Below are positions 1 through 9,863 of a stretch of 64,000 nt of DNA, piece after piece. Below the pieces are notes generated by a model. It made no database searches, was not told the DNA's origin, and was given only the letters and a program-made list of their open reading frames with translations. How positions within the stretch are numbered: the first letter of the stretch is position 1; the number at the start of each line of letters is the position of its first letter. The DNA is from a virus: the IMG/VR virus record IMGVR_UViG_3300015199_000002, positions 18,985 to 82,984 of that record. One strand, 5' to 3'. The position numbers were made by a program, and so were the translations under genes.

Positions 1-835
1 CCAATGAACCCAAGGTTAGGGTACTATAGTTCACGGTCAGTACGGCCGTGTCGCCGACACCACCACCGGTGTAGATAATGTTTATGTTATTGCCCGCAGT
101 TCCTTCGAAAGCAGGGGTAGCCTGATAGCTTATGTCTTCGATAGTGGCAAAGGCACTAGTAAATAAGGAGCTAGCCTGGTTACCGCGGTAGAGTTGATAG
201 AAGTCATTTACGGTGACACCTACAGGGACGGTGGCGCTTACATTCACGTTCTGAGGGCTACCAGATTGGTTTGCTACAATTGCTCGTTGGGAAGGGGACC
301 CTAGGACTAAGTTACCATTGGCGTCCGTCGTGCCCCACAGAAGCCGATAGGCGACTTGGGTCTGGTTGGCCATAAATCCTGACGGATTTACCGAGGGTGT
401 TGCCAGGAGGTCTAGCCCCTTAAACATGCCGGCCTGGTATGGGGTAGTTGTCACTACGTCCATCTTCTGGATACCGCGAGCCGATGTGAAATAAAAGTTC
501 TGGTTGGCTTCCGCTGATTTGATGCGGGCTAAGTTGTTGTCTGGATTTATGTAACTGCCGCTGTATGGAACTATTCCGTTGACTGAGTCATAGCGGGCGA
601 GCTGAGTGTTCCTATAGTGGACCAGGAGAGTGTTTTGGTACTGGAGTAGCTTGTCGGCGCGGTCACTAGTTAGTGGGAGCCTGAATTCCAGACGAGCGAG
701 TCCGCGTCTGCATTCTGCGATGGAATCTTTCTGGATAACAATATTGTTGGCGAGTTTCATTGCGCCAACGGGAGCAGAACTTAGCTCGTTGTTATTACTG
801 TAGATACCTTTGCAGGCGATTATCAAGCTTTCCAT
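1..835 (-). CDS. Tail nozzle / DNA stabilization-like protein (P22 gp10 or T7 gp12-like), runs off the left edge
   Basis: Not in the ORF track because it has no stop in the window. Hand translation from ATG at 835 gives MESLIIACKGIYSNNNELSSAPVGAMKLANNIVIQKDSIAECRRG. The P.GA...A.N......G....R.G pattern is typical of podovirus nozzle N-termini, and the gene follows the adaptor gene. Confidence 0.6.
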   Translation of the reverse strand, partial: MESLIIACKGIYSNNNELSSAPVGAMKLANNIVIQKDSIAECRRGLARLEFRLPLTSDRADKLLQYQNTLLVHYRNTQLARYDSVNGIVPYSGSYINPDNNLARIKSAEANQNFYFTSARGIQKMDVVTTTPYQAGMFKGLDLLATPSVNPSGFMANQTQVAYRLLWGTTDANGNLVLGSPSQRAIVANQSGSPQNVNVSATVPVGVTVNDFYQLYRGNQASSLFTSAFATIEDISYQATPAFEGTAGNNINIIYTGGGVGDTAVLTVNYSTLTLGSL

Positions 836-855
836 AGTTTACGCAAATCTCGTTA

Positions 856-1767
856 CTAACAAAATCTACCTATTCCGCGACTCTGCACTACCCGCTTCAG
901 CTTCCCCTCAACGCGAGGAGCAATCAACAACATGGCGTTGTCTTCAAGTTTAGTCAGCTCCGCAATAGCCGCCTGTAATGCCTGGGCATCGCCTTGGGCA
1001 GACAGCACGCGAACTACGACGTACTGCACCAAAAGGGGTTGGAGTTCAACCGGCACCTGCACTACGCAAGTCTGGCCGGCCAGGCAGATGTAATCCCCTA
1101 CTAAGAGGTTAGTAGGCAGTGTTGCGAATGTCAGGACATTACCGGCCACTGAGGTCGGGGTCTGATCCTGCGCGGTCCAGCCGAAGTTCGGGCTAGCTTG
1201 AACGAAGTCAAGAGGCGACGACGTAGTGAACGTATCCGGCGTAGCCGTGAGAGTGACTTGATTAGTCGCGAAGTCGATAGACTGCACTAATCCACATGCG
1301 CTAACGTCAACCAGTGAGTTAGGCCGACAGATATAACTGAGCCTAAGCTTATTCAGCGTCTGCGTGGGCGTAGGGTAGATGACCACACTGTTGCTTTGCA
1401 GATAGAACCCGTTCTTACGCACGAGGAATCTGTAGTTACCGCTGTAGGATGCGTAGAGATCTCCTGGATCAAGTCTATCCAGTCCGAATCTAGTCTGCTC
1501 ATCGCTGTCTTGTACGATCTGGACATCCCTAAGTCCTGCTGCGACTGCCCTGCTAGGTATGTCGTAGAAGGCCTGATTACGCAGAATCGGGTAATCTTTC
1601 AGTGCAACCCAGTACTCCTCCAAGTTCTTAACGACAAGAGGAGTCATCTTAGACCGAATTTCTTCGTCGCCAAACTGTAGGAAATCCACTGAGGTAAAGG
1701 TTACCTGAGAGGTAGGGACTGCGGCCCTGCGTTTGACTGCGGTTATGAAGTCGGATGTTAAGTACAT
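856..1767 (-). CDS. Head-tail adaptor protein (P22 gp4 or T7 gp11-like)
   Basis: 303 aa; helical N-terminus (TSDFITAVKRRA), central YDIPSRA...LRDV and IYPTP...LRLSY motifs, helical C-terminus; lies just upstream of the nozzle-like gene. Confidence 0.6.
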   Translation of the reverse strand: MYLTSDFITAVKRRAAVPTSQVTFTSVDFLQFGDEEIRSKMTPLVVKNLEEYWVALKDYPILRNQAFYDIPSRAVAAGLRDVQIVQDSDEQTRFGLDRLDPGDLYASYSGNYRFLVRKNGFYLQSNSVVIYPTPTQTLNKLRLSYICRPNSLVDVSACGLVQSIDFATNQVTLTATPDTFTTSSPLDFVQASPNFGWTAQDQTPTSVAGNVLTFATLPTNLLVGDYICLAGQTCVVQVPVELQPLLVQYVVVRVLSAQGDAQALQAAIAELTKLEDNAMLLIAPRVEGKLKRVVQSRGIGRFC

Positions 1768-1806
1768 AGGTAATAGGTCAACTTTCTTTTCTGACTAACG
1801 AAGAAA

Positions 1807-2133
1807 CTATCTACGTTTCTTTTCTTCGTCTTCTTGGTCTTCTTCCTGCTCTAACAGACCAAGCAATCTAGATTCGTCGCTTTCTTCGCTGTCGTCGTCT
1901 TTGTCTGAAGCTTCCATTCCCGGCATATCAGGAGCTTTGTCAACAACGTCGCTAGCTTTCTCGAGGCCTTCTTCCAGGCTATCTTTGTCGGGAGCGACTA
2001 CTTGGGCAGCCATGGCAGGCTCAGCGGGCTTCATTCTCTTTCCAAGGGCGTCTTCGGCCATTTGAATGATCCGCTCAAGGAGCTGATCCGTCATCTTGCT
2101 TTTTTCGTCCATTCCATCCATCTCGTCCATCAT
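1807..2133 (-). CDS. Small highly acidic protein
   Basis: 108 aa, D/E-rich, fills a gap in the late operon. Confidence 0.65.
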   Translation of the reverse strand: MMDEMDGMDEKSKMTDQLLERIIQMAEDALGKRMKPAEPAMAAQVVAPDKDSLEEGLEKASDVVDKAPDMPGMEASDKDDDSEESDESRLLGLLEQEEDQEDEEKKRR

Positions 2134-2154
2134 ATATTTCTCTTTCGTTTACGG

Positions 2155-2466
2155 TTAGTGTTTAAGTAGCAGGGCAATTATCAACAACGTCTCAATGGTT
2201 ATTACTCCAAAAACCCATTTGGGAATAACATGTATTTCCGTGCTGATAAACTTTTCAACTTCTTTTATAATCTCTATTGGTCGGTCTACGATCTTCTCGA
2301 CCACCTTTATTTTCTCTTCTACGACAGTAATCTCTTTGATAACAGGCGCCGCGACCGCAGAAACAACTGCCTCTTCTTTGGTCTTGATAACTGCTTCTAA
2401 CTCGGATACGCGAGTCTTGAGGGCGTGATTTTCAAGTGCTTCAAATAGGCTTCTAGTTCCTGCCAT
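2155..2466 (-). CDS. Coiled-coil and VEK-repeat protein with C-terminal transmembrane helix
   Basis: Likely start MAGTRS at 2466, with GAGGT RBS and abutting the upstream stop. Contains VVEEKIKVVEKIVDRPIE and a hydrophobic C-terminus (WVFGVITIETLLIIALLL). Confidence 0.65.
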   Translation of the reverse strand: MAGTRSLFEALENHALKTRVSELEAVIKTKEEAVVSAVAAPVIKEITVVEEKIKVVEKIVDRPIEIIKEVEKFISTEIHVIPKWVFGVITIETLLIIALLLKH

Positions 2467-2468
2467 AA

Positions 2469-4436
2469 CTACCTCAGAACTCCTACGATAACCACCGCGC
2501 CCGGGCCTGGATCCGCAGACCAATAGCATGTCAGGAGATTGTTAGAATGAGTCGTGAAACCTAGAATGGGCAATACGCCGGCTCCGCCGGTCATCTGAGA
2601 CACAGAAAGTATAGTGTCTGTGGCTAACAACCCGGTAACAGTCACTGCTTCCAGCGCCGCGCCGCCCACAGTAGGGGTCGAGGTAAACACGCGCACCCTG
2701 TTATCAACATAGTTCTTTGTGGCAGCATCTTGAGCAGCCGTAGGGTCAACGACGTTAGTTATTTTATGTGTGTTTACACTTAAATCTGCGCCGCTCCAAT
2801 TGAGCTTAACTGTTGTTCCATCTGTTCCAAGTAGATTTCTACTAGCATAATTTAATGCGGCTATCGCGGCCTGGTCGTATAGAATTCTATTTGGTATATC
2901 AATAGCATTTATATTAGAACCGTCTGCTAGCACTGCTAGGTTTGTAATATTTAAAGCGCCGGCATTATTCCCGTTGGTCAGAACTTGAGTTAGGGTTTCT
3001 GCGGCAAATTCGGTATCGACATACTGTTTGGTGGCCGCCATTAAGTTTGTTGTGGGGTTTCCGGGAAGAGTAATGAAACCTGCATTGTCAACAAAGGATA
3101 AAACAGTTCCTGATCCGTTTTTCCACTCAAACAAATTTGCAGATTGTGGGGCACTAAACGGCCCCAATAAGGGCGCTATTGGAGAAGAAAAATTAGACGT
3201 GTGCCGAACTGTCTTATATACTACGATGTCCGTGATAGAGAAGTCTGAATCCGGAGTGCTTAGGTCATTGAATGTGCCAAGAAGAATATGGTCAGTTGAC
3301 GTGTCTCTTGTGAGAGTGGTCGTCCCCGCAGTAACCCCAACCTGAACTCCATCTTGAAAAAGTCTAACTATTCCTGAAGTAACATCCCAATTAAATTCCC
3401 ATTCGGTAGTGACCCCCGCGGTCGGAGAATAAGGAGCTGTTATCGAGAAAGAAGTGCCTCCGGCAGCATCCCACATATCTACTTCGAAATCCGTAGTTGA
3501 GGCGTGAGTAAATAGAATCCTATTATTTGAATTTCCGTCCATAGCGCCAGTACCTGAACAAAAAGGCCGCATAACAGACGGAGGATTTCCTGTATAGTTG
3601 GGGGTGTAACGGAATCTTATGGTTCCTTGCTGAACAGCAGTAGACATGCAGGTTCCGTCGTACCGAACCCATTGACCGGTGTTTGCAGTTAAATCCAAGG
3701 CGTTAGCAGTAACTACCGGGCTAGCGTTTGTAGCAACAGGTACAGCGCTGCCAGAAAAAACATAGGTCGCGTCTAAACTGCTGCCGTTAGTGTACGTGGC
3801 ATCAAACATCAAATCTGCTGGAGCGTTAGAAAGCGCTCCCTTCACTGTGAAAGCGACGTTTGACCCCGTAGCATTGTCTACCTCAAAGTTACCGGCTTGT
3901 CTTAAACCATTGCCGGTTCCAATTAAGTCAATGCCGCCCGTACCAGGGGTGATGGTTGCTACACCAGAAGTGTTGGGCGCTTTTAATAGCCAACTATTCC
4001 TATCGGCAGAGGTCTGTATATACCCAGTTATAATTCCGTTTTCTTCTACTTCAAACCCTACATTGCTGCCACTAGCCGCCGCTCCGCCCTTATTTAAGAT
4101 AACAAGTTTATCGGCTACGTTGACGTTAGTCGTATCGATGTTGGTTGTGGTTCCATTCACCGTAAGATTGGCTATCGTAAGAGTCTGGGTGCCTGTATTG
4201 TAATTAAAATTAGCGCCATCAGAAAAGATTGGGGTTGTCCAATTTGTGGTCGTGCCGCCATCTTGCTTAATATAGATGAGTTTGGTAGAGGTGGAAATAT
4301 AGACATCGCCGGCAACCCCAGCAGTGGCCACAGAGGAAGGATCAAGTGCCCCTGATGTAATGACCGAATTCTCTCCTAGTTGAAGAGAGGATTTTAAAGC
4401 CTTTACATTATTTCCTGAAAAAATTACTGCTGGCAT
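2469..4436 (-). CDS. Fibre / receptor-binding protein with LamG (ConA-like) domain and trimeric neck motifs
   Basis: 655 aa, T/S/G/N-rich. LamG-like core (GTIRFRYTP...VRLFQDGVQVG...ILLG...FSITDIVVY) and two AATK.YVD neck motifs (AATKQYVD, KITNVVDPTAAQDAATKNYVD). Confidence 0.75.
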   Translation of the reverse strand: MPAVIFSGNNVKALKSSLQLGENSVITSGALDPSSVATAGVAGDVYISTSTKLIYIKQDGGTTTNWTTPIFSDGANFNYNTGTQTLTIANLTVNGTTTNIDTTNVNVADKLVILNKGGAAASGSNVGFEVEENGIITGYIQTSADRNSWLLKAPNTSGVATITPGTGGIDLIGTGNGLRQAGNFEVDNATGSNVAFTVKGALSNAPADLMFDATYTNGSSLDATYVFSGSAVPVATNASPVVTANALDLTANTGQWVRYDGTCMSTAVQQGTIRFRYTPNYTGNPPSVMRPFCSGTGAMDGNSNNRILFTHASTTDFEVDMWDAAGGTSFSITAPYSPTAGVTTEWEFNWDVTSGIVRLFQDGVQVGVTAGTTTLTRDTSTDHILLGTFNDLSTPDSDFSITDIVVYKTVRHTSNFSSPIAPLLGPFSAPQSANLFEWKNGSGTVLSFVDNAGFITLPGNPTTNLMAATKQYVDTEFAAETLTQVLTNGNNAGALNITNLAVLADGSNINAIDIPNRILYDQAAIAALNYASRNLLGTDGTTVKLNWSGADLSVNTHKITNVVDPTAAQDAATKNYVDNRVRVFTSTPTVGGAALEAVTVTGLLATDTILSVSQMTGGAGVLPILGFTTHSNNLLTCYWSADPGPGAVVIVGVLR

Positions 4437-4440
4437 TTTA

Positions 4441-4905
4441 TTACCCTAGAAAATTTATGGAAATGAATCCGGCGACTGGACCTACAGTCTCCATTGACCT
4501 AAGCGTGATCCTAGACCCAACCGGTATAATTACAGGGACAACGCTGTCTGACCCCGGGTTAATTATCATCTTAAGCGCCTCTGCCGACGGAGCCCCCAGG
4601 TACAATCCTAGATACCTGCCGCCCGTATCCATCAAATGAACCTCAGTGACCGCGTGCGATAAGCTGGCAACTACCTGCACTAGGGCTCCGCCTGAGCCAT
4701 TAATTGTGTTTGCAGGAGTTAAAGGAGTATCCAACTCATCCACGACGTCTAGCCCTGTGGCGCCTGGGCCTGCAAGTATCACAGGAAGTATTACTCCGGG
4801 AGATACTCCGCTTATAGTGGTGCGGAGCTGATCGTTCGCTTCGTCATACACTCTCTGTATGATCTGCTGTTCACCTAGTTTTGTGATTGTTGGATTTTGT
4901 GCCAT
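4441..4905 (-). CDS. Small structural (adaptor-like) protein, paralog family MAxNP-ITKL-QRVYDE
   Basis: N-terminal ~30 aa nearly identical to those of 9408-9851 and 20890-21630. Confidence 0.7.
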   Translation of the reverse strand: MAQNPTITKLGEQQIIQRVYDEANDQLRTTISGVSPGVILPVILAGPGATGLDVVDELDTPLTPANTINGSGGALVQVVASLSHAVTEVHLMDTGGRYLGLYLGAPSAEALKMIINPGSDSVVPVIIPVGSRITLRSMETVGPVAGFISINFLG

Positions 4906-4909
4906 TGGA

Positions 4910-7900
4910 TTATCTCATTCTTCTAGCCGAAAGCCGGCAAGTGTACTTAGGAGTCGCTACTGAGTAGCTTCCTAGAAGTTTAGCGTAAATCGTAGTTGTT
5001 CCGGACAGGCTGAAACGTTTGGGTCCTAGGCTGGCCCCTGAGTTAGTGGCGGCAGTAGGAGGGAATAAATCTAGAGCATTATCACCAAAATCTAGTCCAG
5101 TGCTGCTATTTCCAGAAGTAACTGAAATTCCAATCTCTACATCCGAAACAGTAGCTCCACTACTGGTAGTTTGGATAGTCATACTAACATCCCAATCTCC
5201 GGCAGTTAGAGAAATTGATGTAGCGTCTCCCCATGCACCTGATGCGCCCGGGAAATTATTTGATCCAACAAGTCCAGAGCTGATAAATTCGCCAACAAAC
5301 CCTGCGGCGGCGTTGTCGTTAGTATTGGTCCCATGAACAGCAACACCCGCTGCTCTTGATAGGGTTGCTATGTTAGCTTGAGTTGCTGCTGCGGTGGTCG
5401 CATTTCCAACTGAAGTGATGTCTCCAGTAAGATTCGCATTAGTTGTAACTGTTCCAGCTGTAAGTCCTGCAGCGGTTCCCGTTATATTGGTTCCAACTAA
5501 AGTTGAAGGAGTTCCTAAATTGGGAGTTACTAAAGTTGGCGAAGTCGCTAGAACTACAGATCCCGTTCCAGTTGTTGTAGCAGCTGAAATAGCTGTGCCA
5601 TTTCCCTGAAGGATACCCGTAACAGTGGTTGAAAGAGTTATCGCTGGAGTTGTTGTTGAAGTTGCGACTGTTCCAGCGAGTCCATTAGCACTTACAACAG
5701 ATACGCTAGTAACTGTACCCGATGTAGCAGGCGCCGCCCAAACAGGAAGTCCTCCCGATACAGTGAGAACATTACCAGTTGCCCCTATAGGAAGTCTAGT
5801 TGCCGAAAGAGCTACGCTTTCATACGTAATATCACCGGCTGTTGTCATCGGACTTAGCGCATTAAATGCTGCTAATGCTGTAGTTTGACCTGTTCCGCCA
5901 TTAGCGATTGCTATAGTTGTGCCATTCCATGTACCAGAAGTAATAGTCCCAACAGAGGACAAATTAGATGCTGTGGTGAGGGCTGTTAAAGTAGTTAAAG
6001 TTGAATTTGAAGTTGCTGTTACATTACCAGCTAGTGCAGCATTTAGATTTGCAACTTGGGTTGTAGAAGAGACCACAAGAGGAGGGGTTCCTGTTGCTAC
6101 AGTTGAAATTAATTGTCCGGTTGAGGTAATGAAAGCATTCCCGTTCCATGTTAGGGAATCAGAAGTATTTTTAGCTAAAACGACATCGCCAGTTCCTGCG
6201 AAATTTCTCCAGCCTATTCCAGAGTCCCCAGAGGACATCCGGTACACTCCAGTTGTGGAACGGTTAGAAGAGCTAGAATAAAATCCAGCTGCCACTATTT
6301 CTCCACTAGTATTAATGCTTGCTCCGCTAGGAAATGAAGTAATTCCAATAAAAGTAGCCCCTGATATTGTGGGACTTGTGTTCATTACAAAGGTTGACCC
6401 TGTGCCAGTTTGTGAAGTTACTAAAGTCGCGTTACCAACTGAAGTAATAGGTCCAGTTAAATTTGCGTTAGTCGTGACGGTCCCAGCAGTAAAACCAGAA
6501 GCAGTCCCAGTTATGTTCGTCCCGACTAGGATTGACGGGGTTCCAAGGCTAGGAGTAACTAGAGTAGGAGAAGTTGCAAGAACCACAGACCCGCTACCGG
6601 TTGTGGTCGCGGCGCTGATAGCAGTGCCATTACCCTGTAGGATACCTGTGATGGAAGTAGAGATGGTTATCGCCGGGGTTGAAGTTGCTGTAGCAACTGT
6701 CCCTGCGAAGCCGTTAGCAGATACGACAGAAACTGAGGTTACTGTTCCCGAGGTCGCCGGAGCAGCCCACACCGGCAGCCCCCCGGACACCGTGAGCACA
6801 TTGCCTGTAGATCCTATTGGAAGCCTGGCTGCTACTGGGGTGGAGTTTTCATAGATTATATCCCCGGCGGTGGTCATAGGAGATAATGCGTTGAAACCGG
6901 CGTTAGCTGTAGTCGCTCCAGTGCCGCCTCTACTTACAGCGATAGCTGTAGCGTTCCATGCGCCAGTAGTTATAGATCCGACCGATACCAGGTTAGTCGC
7001 CGTGGTTAGTCCCGAAAGAGTAGTCAAAGTGGAGTTGGACGTGGCGGACAATACTGTCGCGCCCTGTGTTCCGGTTACGTCCCCAGATAAGGAACCAGTG
7101 AAGCTGCCAGCTGTCGCGGCGTTAAGATTAGCGACCTGAGTCGTTGAAGCTACAACAAAAGGAGCAGTTCCTGTAGCGAGCGTCGATGTTAACTGCCCGC
7201 TCATTGATATAGTAGTTAGGTTAGCAATGCCGCCGAAAGCGTTTATCACTCCGGTTGCGTTTATTCCTCCGGAGGTAACTAAAAATCCTCCGTTAGTGCT
7301 GGCTGAAATGGTAGCAGTGCCGCTTGAGGAACCGGCTATATTAATTGTTTGTCCTGCTGCAACGTTTGTTGCTCCATTTAATTGAGTGGTCCCGCTAGAG
7401 GTAAGGGTTCCGGTAATGGTAGGACTCGCACTCATCACAAACGTGGAGCCTGTGCCGGTCTGTGAGGCGATCGAGGTGGCGTTTCCTACAGACGTTATTG
7501 GACCAGTCAGGTTGGCGTTAGTCACCACGGTTGTCGCAAATGACCCTGTGCCGCTGCCGGTTACTCCACCGGTTAGGGTGATTGTCTGGTCACCTGTGTT
7601 GTTGCCAGAGGTAGTGCCATTTAGGATACTGCCGGCAAGAGTAATGCCGCCCGCTCCTGGAGTTATTGTGGCAATACCTGCGGTATTTGGTGCCTTGAAG
7701 ATCCAACTATTTCTATCAGAAGAAGTCTCCGCGTAGCCTGTGATTATGGCATTCTCTTCAATTTGGATACCGGAGTTCTGTCCGCTTCCAGCCGCTCCGC
7801 CGTGATTCACCGTAATGAGAGGGTCGGCAACCTGAAGCAGGGGAGTGTTTTCGTATATCGTGGTGCCTTGGATATTAATCGTCGCCCCAGAGTTGCCGAT

Positions 7901-8725
7901 ATTGATAGTCGTGGCGTTAGTGGCCCCGATTGTAAGAGTTCCAGCGGTACTGCGATCGATGCCGCCGTCTAGATTTGTTAGGCTGCTGAACGTCTTTGAT
8001 CCCGAGAAAGTTTGCGATGCGGTGCTAACGCCCCCGGGATGGGTTGCGTCTGCGGGCTGTAGAGTGAGAATTTGCCCTGACAACGATGCGCCGTTAGCGT
8101 TGGGAGAGGAATCAAACGCTGCAAGCGTCACGTCGCCGGTATTGTTACCGGATAGGTTAGTCGCGGATAATGCCCCAGAAGATGAGATGAAAGCGTTTCC
8201 GTTCCAAGTTAATGAATCAGAAGAATTCTTAGCTAGAACTATATCTGCGGAGTTGGCTTGATTTCTCCATGCTAGAGCAATATCCAGGCTGCTAAAATTA
8301 AGAACGCCCGAGGTAGCAGAGTTGGAAGAGCTACTACTAAAAGTGAGAGAAGTGACCATCCCCGTAAATGTTTTATTTCCGGAGAAAGACTGGGTTCCCG
8401 TAGATACTCCGCCGGGGAAACTTGCGCTAGCAGGCTGAAGGGTGAGAGTGTCCCCTGAAATGGTCGCAGCATTAGCATTCGGGGAGCTATCAAAAGCTCC
8501 TAATATAAGTTGATCGGATATCCGGGTCCAATTTGTAGTTGTACCTGAGTCCTGTTTTTGGTACATTTTAAATGTACTAGTGGAAATATACACATCACCG
8601 GCTGCGCCAAGTAGCGCCACTGAGGTGGGGTCTGTATTTCCTGCGCCAATCGTAGCGCTATTGAAAAGCTGTAATTTAGCTTTCAGCGCTTTTACGTGGT
8701 CGCCATTTATTAGTACTGCTGCCAT
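4910..8725 (-). CDS. Long fibre protein with large internal duplications
   Basis: 1271 aa, T/S/G/A-rich. Repeated blocks include ALSPMTTAGDI.YE...RLPIG.TGNVLTVSGGLPVWAAPATSGTVTSVSV (x2) and TNANLTG.ITSVGNAT (x3). N-terminus is homologous to 2469-4436. Confidence 0.8.
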   Translation of the reverse strand: MAAVLINGDHVKALKAKLQLFNSATIGAGNTDPTSVALLGAAGDVYISTSTFKMYQKQDSGTTTNWTRISDQLILGAFDSSPNANAATISGDTLTLQPASASFPGGVSTGTQSFSGNKTFTGMVTSLTFSSSSSNSATSGVLNFSSLDIALAWRNQANSADIVLAKNSSDSLTWNGNAFISSSGALSATNLSGNNTGDVTLAAFDSSPNANGASLSGQILTLQPADATHPGGVSTASQTFSGSKTFSSLTNLDGGIDRSTAGTLTIGATNATTINIGNSGATINIQGTTIYENTPLLQVADPLITVNHGGAAGSGQNSGIQIEENAIITGYAETSSDRNSWIFKAPNTAGIATITPGAGGITLAGSILNGTTSGNNTGDQTITLTGGVTGSGTGSFATTVVTNANLTGPITSVGNATSIASQTGTGSTFVMSASPTITGTLTSSGTTQLNGATNVAAGQTINIAGSSSGTATISASTNGGFLVTSGGINATGVINAFGGIANLTTISMSGQLTSTLATGTAPFVVASTTQVANLNAATAGSFTGSLSGDVTGTQGATVLSATSNSTLTTLSGLTTATNLVSVGSITTGAWNATAIAVSRGGTGATTANAGFNALSPMTTAGDIIYENSTPVAARLPIGSTGNVLTVSGGLPVWAAPATSGTVTSVSVVSANGFAGTVATATSTPAITISTSITGILQGNGTAISAATTTGSGSVVLATSPTLVTPSLGTPSILVGTNITGTASGFTAGTVTTNANLTGPITSVGNATLVTSQTGTGSTFVMNTSPTISGATFIGITSFPSGASINTSGEIVAAGFYSSSSNRSTTGVYRMSSGDSGIGWRNFAGTGDVVLAKNTSDSLTWNGNAFITSTGQLISTVATGTPPLVVSSTTQVANLNAALAGNVTATSNSTLTTLTALTTASNLSSVGTITSGTWNGTTIAIANGGTGQTTALAAFNALSPMTTAGDITYESVALSATRLPIGATGNVLTVSGGLPVWAAPATSGTVTSVSVVSANGLAGTVATSTTTPAITLSTTVTGILQGNGTAISAATTTGTGSVVLATSPTLVTPNLGTPSTLVGTNITGTAAGLTAGTVTTNANLTGDITSVGNATTAAATQANIATLSRAAGVAVHGTNTNDNAAAGFVGEFISSGLVGSNNFPGASGAWGDATSISLTAGDWDVSMTIQTTSSGATVSDVEIGISVTSGNSSTGLDFGDNALDLFPPTAATNSGASLGPKRFSLSGTTTIYAKLLGSYSVATPKYTCRLSARRMR

Positions 8726-9406
8726 TTAATTCCTGCCCATGACAAAAAAATTATAAATGCTAGTTATATGCTCTTTAAATTGGTCTACTGTATGCATCAT
8801 TTTAGCTCGGTTGCAGTGCTTACAACAAGGGACGCAGTTAGAAAGATAGTAGCCTTCTTCGCAATTAACCCTATCTACCCCGTTGACATAATGGATAGAA
8901 TCTTTATATGTGGACCGCTGCTGAGGCGTCCTATCACAATAGTTACAATTTTTTATTACCAGAGATCTAAACTCTTCCTCGGAAAGCAAAAATTCGTACC
9001 CGCGCTCTTTAGCAGAACCCTTGTACTTCGAGTACAGGTGTCTTACTGCGTCGTATTTGGGCCTAAATTTAGTTCTTAGTTTTCTTTTTATGCTCCTGCC
9101 GTACATATCTTTCGATGCTCTCTTGGCGATCTGATAAATTGACATGTCGGATCTTCCGTCAAGTTCTGGGTAAGTTTTAATTAGTTTTTCTGTGGACATG
9201 GAGGAGTAGTCGTCTATAAATTTTATTTTTTTATCCGCTCCCCACCCCAAAAAATATTCCTTGGATAGGCGCAACTGTACGGCTTTATCTTTTATAGACG
9301 ACACAGTGTGGGGGCTTAGCTTAATAGCTAAGTCATTAAAAGATAAATTTTTAAAGTTATCTTTCAGACTAGTTATTTCTGTGTCTGTCCATCTATTTCT
9401 TAGCAT
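8726..9406 (-). CDS. HNH-type homing endonuclease
   Basis: C-terminal CNYC...NGVDRVN...GY..SNCVPCCKHCNRAK motif; AT-rich insertion among fibre genes. Confidence 0.75.
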   Translation of the reverse strand: MLRNRWTDTEITSLKDNFKNLSFNDLAIKLSPHTVSSIKDKAVQLRLSKEYFLGWGADKKIKFIDDYSSMSTEKLIKTYPELDGRSDMSIYQIAKRASKDMYGRSIKRKLRTKFRPKYDAVRHLYSKYKGSAKERGYEFLLSEEEFRSLVIKNCNYCDRTPQQRSTYKDSIHYVNGVDRVNCEEGYYLSNCVPCCKHCNRAKMMHTVDQFKEHITSIYNFFVMGRN

Positions 9407-9407
9407 A

Positions 9408-9851
9408 CTACCCTATAAATGATAAAAATAGGCTCCCAGAAACAGGCGCCGCTGAGTCAGTAGCTCTCACTGAGATTGAGCTGCCTGCTGGGATTATTGT
9501 GTTCACTTCGTTATCTTGTCCTGGAGCCAGGATAACTAGCAGTGTTGCTCCGACGTATAACGATATAGCTACCCCGGTCTGCTCATTGGGGACTGTAAGC
9601 GCTATCTTAGCGGGAGTGGACGCCGTAACCTGATACAATGCGCCACCGCTACCGTTGATGTTGGAGAAAGGAATCTCGTAAGTAGCTACGACGGTCATGC
9701 CATTAATATCACCGTCGACGATCGTGACTGGAACTACTACTCCGCTCGATACGCCGTTGACTGTTACCCGTAGCTGATCGTTAGCTTCGTCGTAGACTCT
9801 TTGTATTACCTGCGGTTCGCCTAATTTTGTGATTACTGGATTTTGTGCCAT
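9408..9851 (-). CDS. Small structural (adaptor-like) protein, paralog of 4441-4905
   Basis: Starts MAQNPVITKLGEPQVIQRVYDEANDQLR and is similar to 4441-4905 along its whole length (INGSGGAL, IPxGS.I..R, FIG/FLG end). Confidence 0.7.
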   Translation of the reverse strand: MAQNPVITKLGEPQVIQRVYDEANDQLRVTVNGVSSGVVVPVTIVDGDINGMTVVATYEIPFSNINGSGGALYQVTASTPAKIALTVPNEQTGVAISLYVGATLLVILAPGQDNEVNTIIPAGSSISVRATDSAAPVSGSLFLSFIG

Positions 9852-9863
9852 AATTATTTTATT